Shown: piece by piece, positions 21,059-30,523 of the stretch
How the letters are laid out: every line of letters begins with the position of its first letter
Position numbering within the stretch: position 1 is the stretch's first letter
Origin: Alphaproteobacteria bacterium
Lineage (GTDB): Bacteria; Pseudomonadota; Alphaproteobacteria; JAAXGF01
Length of the DNA stretch: 64,000 nucleotides
Assembly (NCBI GenBank): GCA_963555825.3
Contig: CAUVXB020000001.1
Location: forward strand, 1,344,001-1,408,000
Direction: 5' to 3'
Translations under genes and position numbers: made by a program
Notes under the pieces: model-generated
What the model saw: only the letters and a program-made list of their open reading frames with translations
What the model was told of the DNA's origin: nothing
Database searches by the model: none

Positions 21059-21174
21059 GCCGGCAATTCCATCCTTGTCGACGTCGCAAGACCTTACCCT
21101 GCGGCGCATAATCTACTAAGCTATAGGAGAGGTTTCGTCGAGTGACGCCGGGTTCGCCCGGCGTCTTTGTGAGG
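21047..21174. repeat. 128-bp direct repeat, left copy (first codons of the CoxL-like gene plus the intergenic region)
   Basis: Ungapped manual alignment to 24951-25078 gives 110/128 identical positions (~86%). Confidence 0.9.
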
Positions 21175-21179
21175 CTCTC

Positions 21180-21312
21180 CGATGACCCGCGCCTGCCGCT
21201 TCTCGCTGCTGATGATCTGTTCGGGGGTATGTCGTTTCCGTGCCATCTTGACCTCCTCTCAAACGGCCCAAGCCTAACATTCCGCCTGGGCCAGGTTTTG
21301 GGGGTCAGGTCG
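21180..21312 (-). mobile_element. IS3-family remnant (left end plus start of orfA)
   Basis: Minus strand reads (C)GACCTGACCCCCAAAACCTGG, then GGAGG and ATG 21246 encoding MARKRHTPEQII, then truncates. Confidence 0.7.
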
Positions 21313-21395
21313 CCACGGCGGCGCCACTGGCCGATAACGGTCAATTTGGGCCATTCGCGATGGTCAATGTCCGGCTAACACCAGACATTCAAAGC

Positions 21396-22550
21396 CTACG
21401 TTGATGGCAATGTCGGAGCACCGGTCGGTTCAGGCACTTCGGATTCCGTGAATTTGATCGGGCACCCAATTGCCTTTGCGCTGCCGGCTTCGGCATGGGG
21501 CACTTCTATCACCATCTCACGGGCCCGTGTTTGCGGATGCTCGTGCATCTGGTTGATGGTCAGAACCAGTCCGGCTGGTATGCTGGCCTCGGCTAGGATC
21601 GCGATCCACTCGTCTCGCCCCCTCGTCATGAACTTCCGGGTGAGGAGTTCTTCCAAGAGATGGCGATGCTTCATGCGCTGTGCGCCGTCGGCAAAGCGTT
21701 CGTCCTGCTTCAGATCGGCCAGATCCAGCACGTCCAGTAGTCGGTGCCAGTTCCGTTCATTGGCTGCTCCCACGGTCATCCAACCGTCGGCAGTCGGGAA
21801 GGCCTGGTAGGGGGCATACAAAGGATGCGTCGTGCCCAGGGCCGTCGCGGTCCGTCCCGACGCGAAGGCGACAGCCGACTGCCAGTAGGTCAACATGATC
21901 CCGGCCTCGAACAGCGAGGTCTCGACCAGTTCGCCCTTGCCAGTGCGCCTTTGGCGATGCAAGGCAGCGAGGATGCCGATGGCGGCAAGCAGTCCCGCAG
22001 CAATATCGGTCACCGGCGGCCCGCATTTGCCAGGCCGCTCGCTGCCATCCTCGCCGGTAATGCTCATGATGCCGCTCATGGCCTGGGCCATCAGATCGAA
22101 ACCGCCCTGCTTAGCCATAGGACCGCTGCGCCCGAAGCCACTGATGGAACAGTATACCAGGGACGGGTAGAGCGTCTTCAGACGGCCGTAACCGAAACTG
22201 AGGCGGTCGAGCACGCCGGGCCGATAGTTCTCTAAAAACACATCCGCCTGGCTGAGCAGTTCATGGAGCTGGTCTTGCCCCTTGCGCGTCTTGAGATCCA
22301 GGCAGACGGATTTCTTGCCGCGATTGACTTGCACGAAGCTAGCGCTTTCGCGCCCCAGCCGGTCCTCCTCGGCCGTATCCCAGCGCTGCGTGTCGCCACG
22401 CGGTGGGCGCTCCACTTTAATGACCTCAGCCCCCAAGTCCGCCAGCATTAGACCGCAGGTCGGGGCCGCCAGCACGTGGGACATCTCGACGACCCGGACG
22501 CCGGCTAGTGGCGTGTCCTTTGCCTCGCGTGGACCGGCCGCCATAGTCAC
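21396..22550 (-). CDS. CaiB/BaiF family III CoA-transferase, C-terminus probably clipped
   Basis: PLAGVRV, LADLGAEVIKVE, NRGKKS, ENYRPG, SISGFG, DLMAQAMSG; ends GAPTLPST* without the usual GEHT..VL tail. Confidence 0.88.
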   Translation of the reverse strand: MTMAAGPREAKDTPLAGVRVVEMSHVLAAPTCGLMLADLGAEVIKVERPPRGDTQRWDTAEEDRLGRESASFVQVNRGKKSVCLDLKTRKGQDQLHELLSQADVFLENYRPGVLDRLSFGYGRLKTLYPSLVYCSISGFGRSGPMAKQGGFDLMAQAMSGIMSITGEDGSERPGKCGPPVTDIAAGLLAAIGILAALHRQRRTGKGELVETSLFEAGIMLTYWQSAVAFASGRTATALGTTHPLYAPYQAFPTADGWMTVGAANERNWHRLLDVLDLADLKQDERFADGAQRMKHRHLLEELLTRKFMTRGRDEWIAILAEASIPAGLVLTINQMHEHPQTRAREMVIEVPHAEAGSAKAIGCPIKFTESEVPEPTGAPTLPST

Positions 22551-23338
22551 GCCTCGGAGAACCGCGGTGCGCGCTTTTCGAGGAAGGCTCGGGCCCCTTC
22601 CGCGAAGTCGGCCGTCGCGTAGCAGGCATGAGCTTCCCTGAAGACCTCCGCTTCGATCGCCCCGGCCGCTGAAATCAGGCGCAGCGCCCGCTTGTGCCAG
22701 CGCGCTGCAAGCGGCGCGCCGACAGCGATCTCCTGGGCCAGCGCGACGGCGGCGCGCTCGACGTCCCGATCCCCTACCAGGCGCGACAAGAATCCCCGCT
22801 CACGGGCCTCACGGGCCTCGAGCCGACGGCCTGTAAGCAGTAAATCCGCCGTCAGGTTTCGACCGACGGTCACCACTAGGGCCTGGAGGTCCTCCAGTTC
22901 AGCGAACATTCCAAGAGACTTCACGGGCAGGCCAAACCACGACGTTGCACCGGCGATTCGCAGATCGCAGGCAGCTGCCAGCTCCAGACCACCACCGAGG
23001 CAGGCGCCATTGATCGACGCGACCACCGGGTGCGGACAAGCGAGCAAGGCGTCGACCGCCGCCCGGCCGACACGCGCTTCGGCGATCTGCCGGTCCGGAT
23101 CGCCGAGCGCCGTCTCGAACTCGCCGATACCGCTGCCGACGCAAAACGCGCGATTGCCGGCCCCCATCAACATCACGCAACGGATGCTGGTGTCGGCGCT
23201 GATGGTGTCAAGAATTTCGCGGAAGCCGCGATACATCGCATGCGTAAAGGCGTTGAGCTTCTGAGGCCGGTCGATCGTGACCTTGGCGATGCCGTCGATG
23301 CGCGCGCACAAGACCTGGCCGTACTGGCCAGCGTTCAT
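22547..23338 (-). CDS. Enoyl-CoA hydratase/isomerase
   Basis: IDRPQKLNAF, AFCVG, INGACLGGGLELAAACDLR, EGARAFLEKR; 4-bp overlaps with both neighbours. Confidence 0.9.
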   Translation of the reverse strand: MNAGQYGQVLCARIDGIAKVTIDRPQKLNAFTHAMYRGFREILDTISADTSIRCVMLMGAGNRAFCVGSGIGEFETALGDPDRQIAEARVGRAAVDALLACPHPVVASINGACLGGGLELAAACDLRIAGATSWFGLPVKSLGMFAELEDLQALVVTVGRNLTADLLLTGRRLEAREARERGFLSRLVGDRDVERAAVALAQEIAVGAPLAARWHKRALRLISAAGAIEAEVFREAHACYATADFAEGARAFLEKRAPRFSEA

Positions 23339-24036
23339 CGGCCGCCCGTTTCGGCGCAGCGCGCCGCCGAGCGGAGATCGCGGAGATCGTCGTCGAGGCT
23401 CGCCATGCACATGTCGTGGGCAATCATCGCAGCGCGCTCTGGCTCGCCGGCGCAAATGGCATCGGCGAGGGGCGCGTGCCATGCATCCAGATCGATCCGC
23501 TCCGGCGACAAGGCCTCGGCGGCGGCGTAGATCCAGCGTACCTTGTTGGCGATTTGATCGTAGGCGGCCAGCAGCAGACGGTGCCCGCAGCGCTCGACGA
23601 TCAGCCGATGGAAAGCGAGGTCGGCCTCGATCCGTCGCGCCGCCTGCTTTGACGACTGGGCCCCGCCAAGTGCCGCCTGGGCCGCGCGGACCGCATCGAT
23701 GCCTTGCTGGTCGATCCCGGCGGCGAGCAGGCGCGCGGCGCCGCTCTCCAGCGTCGCGCGCATGGAATAGACCTCCCAAATATCTTGATTTTCGATCCGG
23801 CGCACCGACCACGCGCTGTATCGCTCGCAAACCACGAGGTCTTCCCGCTCGAGCTGGCTGAGCGCCGCGCGAACGGTGCCGCGGCTGGCGCCACTCCACT
23901 CCGCTAGCTCGGCCTCGGTGAGCCGTGCACCTGCCTCGAAAGCGCCCGCTACAATGGCGTCACGCAAACCTTCCGCTACCTGATCGGCCAGGCTGCGCTT
24001 AGCAATCTGAAATTTCGGCTTCACCGTCTTTGTCAT
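23335..24036 (-). CDS. GntR (FadR/FCD) transcriptional regulator
   Basis: SLADQVAEGLRDAIVAG...RLTEAELA...SRGTVRAAL..LE winged HTH; ADLAFHRLI FCD domain. Confidence 0.9.
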   Translation of the reverse strand: MTKTVKPKFQIAKRSLADQVAEGLRDAIVAGAFEAGARLTEAELAEWSGASRGTVRAALSQLEREDLVVCERYSAWSVRRIENQDIWEVYSMRATLESGAARLLAAGIDQQGIDAVRAAQAALGGAQSSKQAARRIEADLAFHRLIVERCGHRLLLAAYDQIANKVRWIYAAAEALSPERIDLDAWHAPLADAICAGEPERAAMIAHDMCMASLDDDLRDLRSAARCAETGGR

Positions 24037-24059
24037 GTCCGGGCGCCACTGGTTCGCAA

Positions 24060-24130
24060 TCTCCGTTGACAAAGACATTGTCTTCGATTTACATAATTGT
24101 CAATAATTAATCATCATTTAAAAGGAGTGA
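24060..24130. promoter_or_regulatory. AT-rich divergent promoter/operator region between gntR and the SDR gene
   Basis: TTGACA on both strands (TTGACAA...TTGTCAA), repeated ATTGTC half-sites, AAGGAG RBS. Confidence 0.5.
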
Positions 24131-24133
24131 CCG

Positions 24134-24892
24134 TTGGCGACGTGTCTGATCATCGGGGCGGGACTCGGGTTGGGGATGGCGCTGGCCCGACGTTTCGGGG
24201 CTGGAGGTCTCCGTCTTGGCCTTGTCTCTCGCAATACCGAAAGCCTTGACGGGTTGGTTTCGACCCTGGAAGCCGATGGGCACGAGGCTGCGGGCATGCC
24301 GGCCGACGCCGGCAATCCGGCCGCCTTGCTGGCCGCAATCGAGGGGCTCCAGGTCCGCCTCGGGCCGGCCAATGTGCTTATATACAACGCCGCGGTGCTG
24401 AGCCAGGGGAGCCCGACAACGTTGGGACCGGAGCAGTTGCTCGAAGAGTTCAAGGTCAACCTTCAGGGTGCGCTGATCGCATCCCAGGCCGTGGTGCCGC
24501 GTATGCGCCAGCAGGGAGACGGCACGATCCTGTTCACAGGCGGCGGTCTGGCGCTCGAGCCCTATCCGGCGTGTGCCTCCCTGGCACTGGGCAAAGCGGC
24601 ACTGCGCAGCTTGGCATTCTCGTTGCATAAGGAGTTGGCTGTGGGCGACATCCACGTCGCCGTCGTCGCAGTTTGCGGAATCATCGAACCCGGCGGACCC
24701 TTCGATCCCGACGCTATCGCCGAACCTTACTGGCGCCTCCATACGGCGTCGCGCGGCGTTGAGGATCGGGAGCTGGTATTCCAGCCGCCAGGAACCGACC
24801 CCTACTACAACGACCCGGATCGCCGCTACGCCCATGTGACGCTGCCGCCGACCCACGTCGTGTCGGGCTCTCAAGGTGCCAAATGCCCCTGA
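24134..24892 (+). CDS. SDR-family oxidoreductase
   Basis: IIGAGLGLGMALARRF, LIYNAA, GTILFTGGG, GKAALRSL; TTG start after AAGGAG. Confidence 0.85.
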   Translation: MATCLIIGAGLGLGMALARRFGAGGLRLGLVSRNTESLDGLVSTLEADGHEAAGMPADAGNPAALLAAIEGLQVRLGPANVLIYNAAVLSQGSPTTLGPEQLLEEFKVNLQGALIASQAVVPRMRQQGDGTILFTGGGLALEPYPACASLALGKAALRSLAFSLHKELAVGDIHVAVVAVCGIIEPGGPFDPDAIAEPYWRLHTASRGVEDRELVFQPPGTDPYYNDPDRRYAHVTLPPTHVVSGSQGAKCP

Positions 24893-24962
24893 TCGCGAAC
24901 GACGATGGGTCCGGCTGTTCTGCAACATCGAGGGCGACGGACCACCAATTCTGCTCGCCCAT
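24883..24962 (+). pseudogene. N-terminal fragment of an alpha/beta hydrolase, truncated at the island junction
   Basis: ATG 24883 gives MPLIANDDG, then after a 1-nt shift VRLFCNIEGDGPPILLAH, a typical hydrolase start that runs into the repeat. Confidence 0.55.
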
Positions 24963-25078
24963 GCCGGCAATTCCATCGCTGACGAAGACACGAAGCCTTA
25001 CCCTGCCCCGCCTAAACTACTAAGCTATAGTCGCGGTTTCGTCGAGTGACGCCGGGTTCGCCCGGCGTCTTTTTGAGG
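24951..25078. repeat. 128-bp direct repeat, right copy
   Basis: Matches 21047-21174; its minus strand still reads ATG GGC GAG CAG (MGEQ) like the CoxL-like start. Confidence 0.9.
25048..25074 (+). terminator. Intrinsic terminator-like UUCG hairpin just upstream of the decarboxylase operon (second copy at 21144-21168)
   Basis: GACGCCGGG-TTCG-CCCGGCGTC followed by TTTTT. Confidence 0.55.
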
Positions 25079-25082
25079 CATT

Positions 25083-25613
25083 GTGATGATCCACGCCACA
25101 CAGACTTGGCCCGAGGCGGTCTACCGTGAGCTGGTACGCGCGGACGTGCGCCAAGTCGGCTACGTGCCCGATTCGGGTTTCTCGCGGCTGATCGAGCTGT
25201 GCCACGCGGGCGCGGCGATTACGGCGGTGCCGCTGACCACCGAGGAAGAAGGTATCGCCCTGCTCGCCGGCGCCTGGCTGGGCGGCCAACGCGGCGTTCT
25301 CCTGATGCAATCGAGCGGCATCGGCAACTGCATCAACATGTTGACGCTGACCCGCGCCTGCCGCTTTCCGCTGCTGATGATCGTCACCATGCGCGGCCAG
25401 CCGGGCGAGAAGAACCCGTGGCAACTGCCGATGGGCGGGATCACCGCCGACGTCCTCGGCCTCGCCGAGGTGTCGGTACGCGAGGCCAGCACGGCCGACA
25501 GTATCGCTGGGCACGTCGCCGATGCGGCGCAAACCGCGTTCGACGGGCCGGCCGCCGCCGCCGTGCTGATCGCCCAATCGGTCATCGGCGTCAAAGCCTT
25601 CGAGGACGACTAG
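25083..25613 (+). CDS. Sulfopyruvate/phosphonopyruvate decarboxylase alpha-type subunit (ComD-like)
   Basis: YVPD, TTEEEGI...GAWLGG, LMQSSGIGNCIN, MRG..GE.NPWQ.PMG. Confidence 0.85.
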   Translation: MMIHATQTWPEAVYRELVRADVRQVGYVPDSGFSRLIELCHAGAAITAVPLTTEEEGIALLAGAWLGGQRGVLLMQSSGIGNCINMLTLTRACRFPLLMIVTMRGQPGEKNPWQLPMGGITADVLGLAEVSVREASTADSIAGHVADAAQTAFDGPAAAAVLIAQSVIGVKAFEDD

Positions 25614-25616
25614 GTC

Positions 25617-26216
25617 ATGGACGCGACGCGCAGCGAGGCCTTTGTCCTGCACCGGCGCGACGTGGTCGCGGCGCTGCTCGCCGAGCGCGGCGAGATGCTG
25701 GTCGTCGCCGGCCTCGGCGCGCCGGCGTGGGATGTCGCCGCGGCGGGCGATTCGGCGCTCGATTTTCCGCTGTGGGCGGCGATGGGCGGCGCGGCGATGG
25801 TCGGCCTCGGCCTGGCGCTCGCCCAGCCCGCACGCCGCGTCCTGGTGATCACCGGCGACGGCGAGATGCTCATGGGGCTGGGCAGCCTGGCGACGATCGC
25901 TGCCCAGGCGCCGGCCAACCTGGCGATCTGCGTGCTCGACAACGAACGCTACGGCGAGACCGGCATGCAGACGACCCATACCGCGGCCGACGCCGACTTG
26001 GCGGCGATCGCCGCCGCCTGCGGCGTGCCGCTCGCCGCGACGGTGCGCGACGACACCGGCCTCGGCGCGGCGATCGCCCAGCTTCGCGAGTCCGCCGGCC
26101 CGGTCTTCGTCACCATCAAGGTGCGCGCCGAGGACTTAGCCCTGGTGCTGCCGCCGCGCGACCCGGTGCACCTCAAGGACCGCTTCCGTGAGGCCCTGTT
26201 GGGCGATACCGCATGA
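25617..26216 (+). CDS. ThDP-binding decarboxylase beta-type subunit (ComE-like)
   Basis: MGGAAMVGLGLALAQP, GDGEMLM...LDNERYGETG ThDP-binding motif. Confidence 0.85.
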   Translation: MDATRSEAFVLHRRDVVAALLAERGEMLVVAGLGAPAWDVAAAGDSALDFPLWAAMGGAAMVGLGLALAQPARRVLVITGDGEMLMGLGSLATIAAQAPANLAICVLDNERYGETGMQTTHTAADADLAAIAAACGVPLAATVRDDTGLGAAIAQLRESAGPVFVTIKVRAEDLALVLPPRDPVHLKDRFREALLGDTA

Positions 26217-28294
26217 CCAGCGGCGCGCATTCGGTGCGCCTCGGCGTCGACATCGGCGGCACCTTCACCGACGTTGCGCTCGAGACCGCCGAGACACGCC
26301 ACACGATCAAGGTGCTGACGACACAGACCGCGCCCGAGGAAGGCGTTATCCAAGCCGTGCTCGCGGTGCTCGACGACGCCGATCTCACGCTCGGCGACAT
26401 CGACCTGATCGTCCACGGCACGACGCTTGCGACCAACGCGCTGATCGAGCGCAAGGGAGCGCGAACCGCGCTGATCACCACCGGCGGCTTCCGCGATTCG
26501 GTCGAGATGGGCACCGAGAGCCGCTTCGAGCAGTACGACGTGTTCATGGAGAAGCCGCCGCCGCTGGTGCCGCGCCGCCACCGCCATACCGTGCCCGAGC
26601 GCATCAGCGCTCAAGGCGCGGTGCTGGTGCCGCTCGACGAGGCGGCGGTCGCGGCGTTGGTCGAGCGGCTCGAGGCCGGTCGAATCGAGAGTGTCGCGAT
26701 CGGCTTCCTGCACAGCTTCGTCAACCCGGCGCACGAGGTGCGGACGCGCGACATCCTGGCCGAACGCCTGCCCGATACGACTTTCACGCTGTCGTCCGAG
26801 GTTTCGCCCGAGATGCGCGAATACGAGCGTTTCTCGACCGCCTGCGCCAATGCCTATGTCCAGCCCCTGATGGCACGCTACCTGACCCGGCTCGAGGGTG
26901 AATTGGCCGGCCGTGGCTTCGCCGGCGCGCTGTTCGCCATGCTCTCGGGCGGCGGCATCACGACGCTCGAGACGGCGATCCGATTCCCCGTGCGCCTAGT
27001 CGAATCGGGGCCGGCGGGCGGCGCCATCTTCGCCAGCCACGTGGCGGCGGCGGCCGGCCTCGACGCGGTGCTGTCGCTCGACATGGGCGGCACCACGGCG
27101 AAGATCTGCCTGATCGACGGCGGCCGGCCGCAGACCGCGCGCGCATTCGAGGTCGCGCGCGTTTACCGTTTCATGAAAGGCAGCGGCCTGCCGCTGCGCA
27201 TCCCGGTCATCGAGATGGTCGAGATCGGCGCCGGCGGCGGCTCGATCGCGACCATCGATGCGATGCGGCGCATCGCCGTCGGCCCCGAGAGCGCCGGCTC
27301 GGAACCGGGCCCCGCCTGCTATGGCCGAGGCGGCGAAATGCCGACGGTGACCGACGCCGACCTGGTCATGGGCCGCATCGACGCCGGCCACTTCTCGGGT
27401 GGGCGGCTGGCGCTGGATGCAGACGCATCCAACAAGACGCTTGCGGCGGCGATCGGCGCGCCGCTCGGGCTCACGGTCGAGATGGCCGCGTTCGGCGTCG
27501 GCGAGATGGTCGACGAGAACATGGCCAACGCGGTCCGCGTCCACGCCATCGAGAGCGGCAAGACGGTCGGCGAGCGCACGCTGGTCGCCTTCGGCGGCGC
27601 GGCGCCGCTGCACGCCGCGCGCATCGCCGAAAAGCTCGAGATCGACCGCGTCGTGATCCCCAACAACGCCGGCGTCGGCTCGGCGGTCGGCTTCCTGCGC
27701 GCGCCGGTCGCCTACGAGGTCGTGCGCGGCAACTATCAGCGCCTCGGCGCCTTCGATACCGCGGCGGTCAATGCCATGTTCGAGGCCATGCGGACCGAAG
27801 CCCACGACGTCGTCGAGCGCGGCGCCCCCGGCGTGCCGCGCGACGAGACCCGCATCGGCTTCATGCGCTATCTGGGCCAGGGCCACGAGATCGCCGTCAC
27901 GCTGCCGGTGCGGCCGCTCGGGGCGGCAGACACCGACGTCATCCGCGCGGCATTCGAGCGCACCTACGAGGTGGTCTACGGCCGCATCATCCCGGGCGTC
28001 GACATCGAGGTCTTAAGCTGGGTGATCACCGTCGGCACGCCGACCGAGACGCCCGCACTAACCGCCGCGACAGCCGCGACCGCGGCGCCCGAGGCAGCCG
28101 GCGAGCGGGCCCTGTTCGACCCGGCGTCGGGGGCGACGGTCACGGCGCCGGTCTACTGGCGCGGCGCGCTGGCGCCCGGCGCGCGCATCGCCGGCCCCGC
28201 GGTGATCGCCGAGGACGAGACCTCGACCATCGTCTCGCCGGCCTTCGACGCCGCGATCGACGGCCGCGGCTATATCGTGCTGACGCGAAAGTAG
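26213..28294 (+). CDS. Hydantoinase/oxoprolinase subunit A
   Basis: GVDIGGTFTD, HGTTLATNALIERKG, REYER.ST, ESGPAGG, DMGGTT, IGAGGGSI, PTVTDA, AFGGAAPLHA. Confidence 0.95.
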   Translation: MTSGAHSVRLGVDIGGTFTDVALETAETRHTIKVLTTQTAPEEGVIQAVLAVLDDADLTLGDIDLIVHGTTLATNALIERKGARTALITTGGFRDSVEMGTESRFEQYDVFMEKPPPLVPRRHRHTVPERISAQGAVLVPLDEAAVAALVERLEAGRIESVAIGFLHSFVNPAHEVRTRDILAERLPDTTFTLSSEVSPEMREYERFSTACANAYVQPLMARYLTRLEGELAGRGFAGALFAMLSGGGITTLETAIRFPVRLVESGPAGGAIFASHVAAAAGLDAVLSLDMGGTTAKICLIDGGRPQTARAFEVARVYRFMKGSGLPLRIPVIEMVEIGAGGGSIATIDAMRRIAVGPESAGSEPGPACYGRGGEMPTVTDADLVMGRIDAGHFSGGRLALDADASNKTLAAAIGAPLGLTVEMAAFGVGEMVDENMANAVRVHAIESGKTVGERTLVAFGGAAPLHAARIAEKLEIDRVVIPNNAGVGSAVGFLRAPVAYEVVRGNYQRLGAFDTAAVNAMFEAMRTEAHDVVERGAPGVPRDETRIGFMRYLGQGHEIAVTLPVRPLGAADTDVIRAAFERTYEVVYGRIIPGVDIEVLSWVITVGTPTETPALTAATAATAAPEAAGERALFDPASGATVTAPVYWRGALAPGARIAGPAVIAEDETSTIVSPAFDAAIDGRGYIVLTRK

Positions 28295-28298
28295 CGTG

Positions 28299-28748
28299 AT
28301 GACGATCGGACTCCGCAAGGCCGGCCCGGACGACTACGAATTTGCCCGTCGCATTCATCACCTGGGGCTCAGGGAATACGTCGAGGACATGTTCGGCGCG
28401 TGGGACGAGCCCTATCAGGACGAGAGGTTCGCGGGACAGTACAAGACCGAGGAGGCCTGGATCATCCTGCGCGACGGAACGGAGGTCGGCTGGCTCGGCA
28501 AACGAGCGTTGCCGGACGAATGTTTCCTCACCGAGCTTTACGTCGCGCCCGAGCACCAGAACCAGGGCATCGGCACCCGAGTGTTACGCGACCTCATCGC
28601 CGAGGCCGGGCGCGACGAGAAAACCGTCAGCCTCGGCGTGATGAAGAACAACCCGTCGCGCCGGCTCTACGCGCGCGAGGGCTTCGAGATAGTCGGCGAG
28701 AACGAGCACAAGTACTTCATGAAGACCAGCGCGGGAGACGGTTCATGA
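28299..28748 (+). CDS. GNAT-family N-acetyltransferase
   Basis: LYVAPEHQNQGIGT acetyl-CoA motif, NPSRRLYAREGF; stop overlaps the next ATG (ATGA). Confidence 0.88.
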   Translation: MTIGLRKAGPDDYEFARRIHHLGLREYVEDMFGAWDEPYQDERFAGQYKTEEAWIILRDGTEVGWLGKRALPDECFLTELYVAPEHQNQGIGTRVLRDLIAEAGRDEKTVSLGVMKNNPSRRLYAREGFEIVGENEHKYFMKTSAGDGS

Positions 28749-30523
28749 CCGATAGGGACGCGGCACTCGCCGAGATCCACATGCAGGTGATGTGGAACCG
28801 GCTCATCGCGGTCGTCGAGGAGCAGGCGCAGACGCTGATCCGCACCGCGTTCTCGACCACCGTGCGCGAGGCCGGCGACCTGTCGGCCGGCGTCTTCGAC
28901 ACCGAAGGCAACATGCTCGCGCAAGCCGTCACCGGCACGCCGGGCCACGTGAATTCGATGGCCAACGCGGTGCGCCATTACCTCGCCAAATACCCGATCG
29001 AGCGCATGCATGCGGGTGATCATTACATCTCGAACGACCCGTGGCTGACCTCGGGCCACCTGCACGACCTGACCGTCGTCTCGCCGGCGTTCGTGGAAGG
29101 CCGCCCGGTCGGCCTGCTCGCCTGCACCTGCCACGTCGTCGACATCGGCGGCCGCGGCTTCGGCCCCGACGGCCGCCAGGTCTTCGAGGAGGGCCTGTTC
29201 ATCCCGATCATGCCGCTGGCGCGCGAGGGCGTGATCAACCAGGACCTCTTGGACATCGTGCGCGCCAACGTGCGCGAGCCGATGCAGGTCGAGGGCGACA
29301 TCTACTCGTTCGCCGGCAGCAACGACGCCGGCATCGCCCGCCTGCAGACGATGATGGCCGAGTTCGGCCTGGCCAGTCTCGACGACCTGGGCGGTCACAT
29401 CGTCGAACGCTCGCGCGTCGCGACGCTCGCCGAGATCGCGCGGATCCCGCGTGGCACTTGGCACAACACGTTGACCATGGACGGTTATGATCGGCCGATC
29501 GAGCTGGTCTGCAAGATGACGGTCACGGACGACGCCATCGACGTCGACTTCGCCGGCTCATCGCCGGCCAGCCCGTATGGCATCAACGTCGTGCTCAACT
29601 ACTGCCAGGCCTACACCACCTTCGGGGTAAAATGCATCGTCGCGCCCGCCGTACCCAACAACGCGGGCTCGCTGGCGCCGTTCCGCGTCACCGCGCCCGA
29701 GGGCTCGATCCTCAACGTGCGAAGGCCCTGGGCGGTCGCCGCGCGCCACGTCATCGGCCAGATGCTGCCCGACGTCGTCATGGGCTGCCTGGCGCAAGCC
29801 GTGCCCGAACGCGTGCCGGCCGAGGGCTGCTCGGCCAACTGGCAGTCGCAGCTGCGCGGCGGCGCGTCGGCCGTCGACGCCACCGCGGCCACCGCGGCCG
29901 GTGCGGCCGGGCTGGACGCGCCCGAGTACGACGTCGTCTCGTTCAACTCGGGCGGCACCGGCGCGCGCCCGACGGCCGACGGCCTCTCGGCCACCGCCTT
30001 CCCCTCGGGCGTGCGTTCTGTGCCGGTCGAGGCGACCGAGCAGATCGCGCCGGTCGTCGTCTGGCGCAAGGAGTACCGCGTTGATTCGGGCGGCGCCGGC
30101 ACCTGGCGCGGCGGCCTCGGCCAGATCATGGAATTCGGTGCCTTGGGCACATCGGACGACGGCGGCGTGGACGCCACCACCGGCGCCGCCTTCGCCGTGC
30201 TCGCCATGTACGACCGCTGCGACCACCCGGCCAAGGGCCGTTCGGGCGGCCACCCGGGCGCCGCCGGCCGCGTCGCGCTGGCCTCGGGCACGGCGCTGCA
30301 TTCCAAGGGCCAGCAGACCATCCCGGCGGGCGACCGCCTGGTCCTCGACATGCCCGGCGGCGGCGGCTTCGGCGAGCCCCACCAGCGCGACCCGGCGCGC
30401 GTTGCCGCGGATGTCGCCGACGGGTTGGTCAGCCGCGAGGCGGCGCGCGAGGTGTATGGGGTGGTGCTGAGCCCGGCGGGCGAGGTGGATGAGGAGGCGA
30501 CGAACCGGGCACGCCGCCGCTAG
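28745..30523 (+). CDS. Hydantoinase B/oxoprolinase subunit
   Basis: RTAFS..VREAGDLS, NDPW..SGHLHD, H.VDIGG, EEGLFIP, DSGGAG.WRGGLG, PGGGGFG. Confidence 0.95.
   Translation: MTDRDAALAEIHMQVMWNRLIAVVEEQAQTLIRTAFSTTVREAGDLSAGVFDTEGNMLAQAVTGTPGHVNSMANAVRHYLAKYPIERMHAGDHYISNDPWLTSGHLHDLTVVSPAFVEGRPVGLLACTCHVVDIGGRGFGPDGRQVFEEGLFIPIMPLAREGVINQDLLDIVRANVREPMQVEGDIYSFAGSNDAGIARLQTMMAEFGLASLDDLGGHIVERSRVATLAEIARIPRGTWHNTLTMDGYDRPIELVCKMTVTDDAIDVDFAGSSPASPYGINVVLNYCQAYTTFGVKCIVAPAVPNNAGSLAPFRVTAPEGSILNVRRPWAVAARHVIGQMLPDVVMGCLAQAVPERVPAEGCSANWQSQLRGGASAVDATAATAAGAAGLDAPEYDVVSFNSGGTGARPTADGLSATAFPSGVRSVPVEATEQIAPVVVWRKEYRVDSGGAGTWRGGLGQIMEFGALGTSDDGGVDATTGAAFAVLAMYDRCDHPAKGRSGGHPGAAGRVALASGTALHSKGQQTIPAGDRLVLDMPGGGGFGEPHQRDPARVAADVADGLVSREAAREVYGVVLSPAGEVDEEATNRARRR
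30337..30523 (+). repeat. 187-bp direct repeat, left copy (current 3' end of the hydantoinase B gene)
   Basis: Ungapped manual alignment to 35823-36009 gives ~153/187 identical positions. Confidence 0.9.

Noticed and set aside
25083-26216. Phosphonate biosynthesis cluster linking the decarboxylase to the nucleotidyltransferase
   Set aside because: No PEP mutase is in the window and the two loci are about 20 kb apart in different operons.
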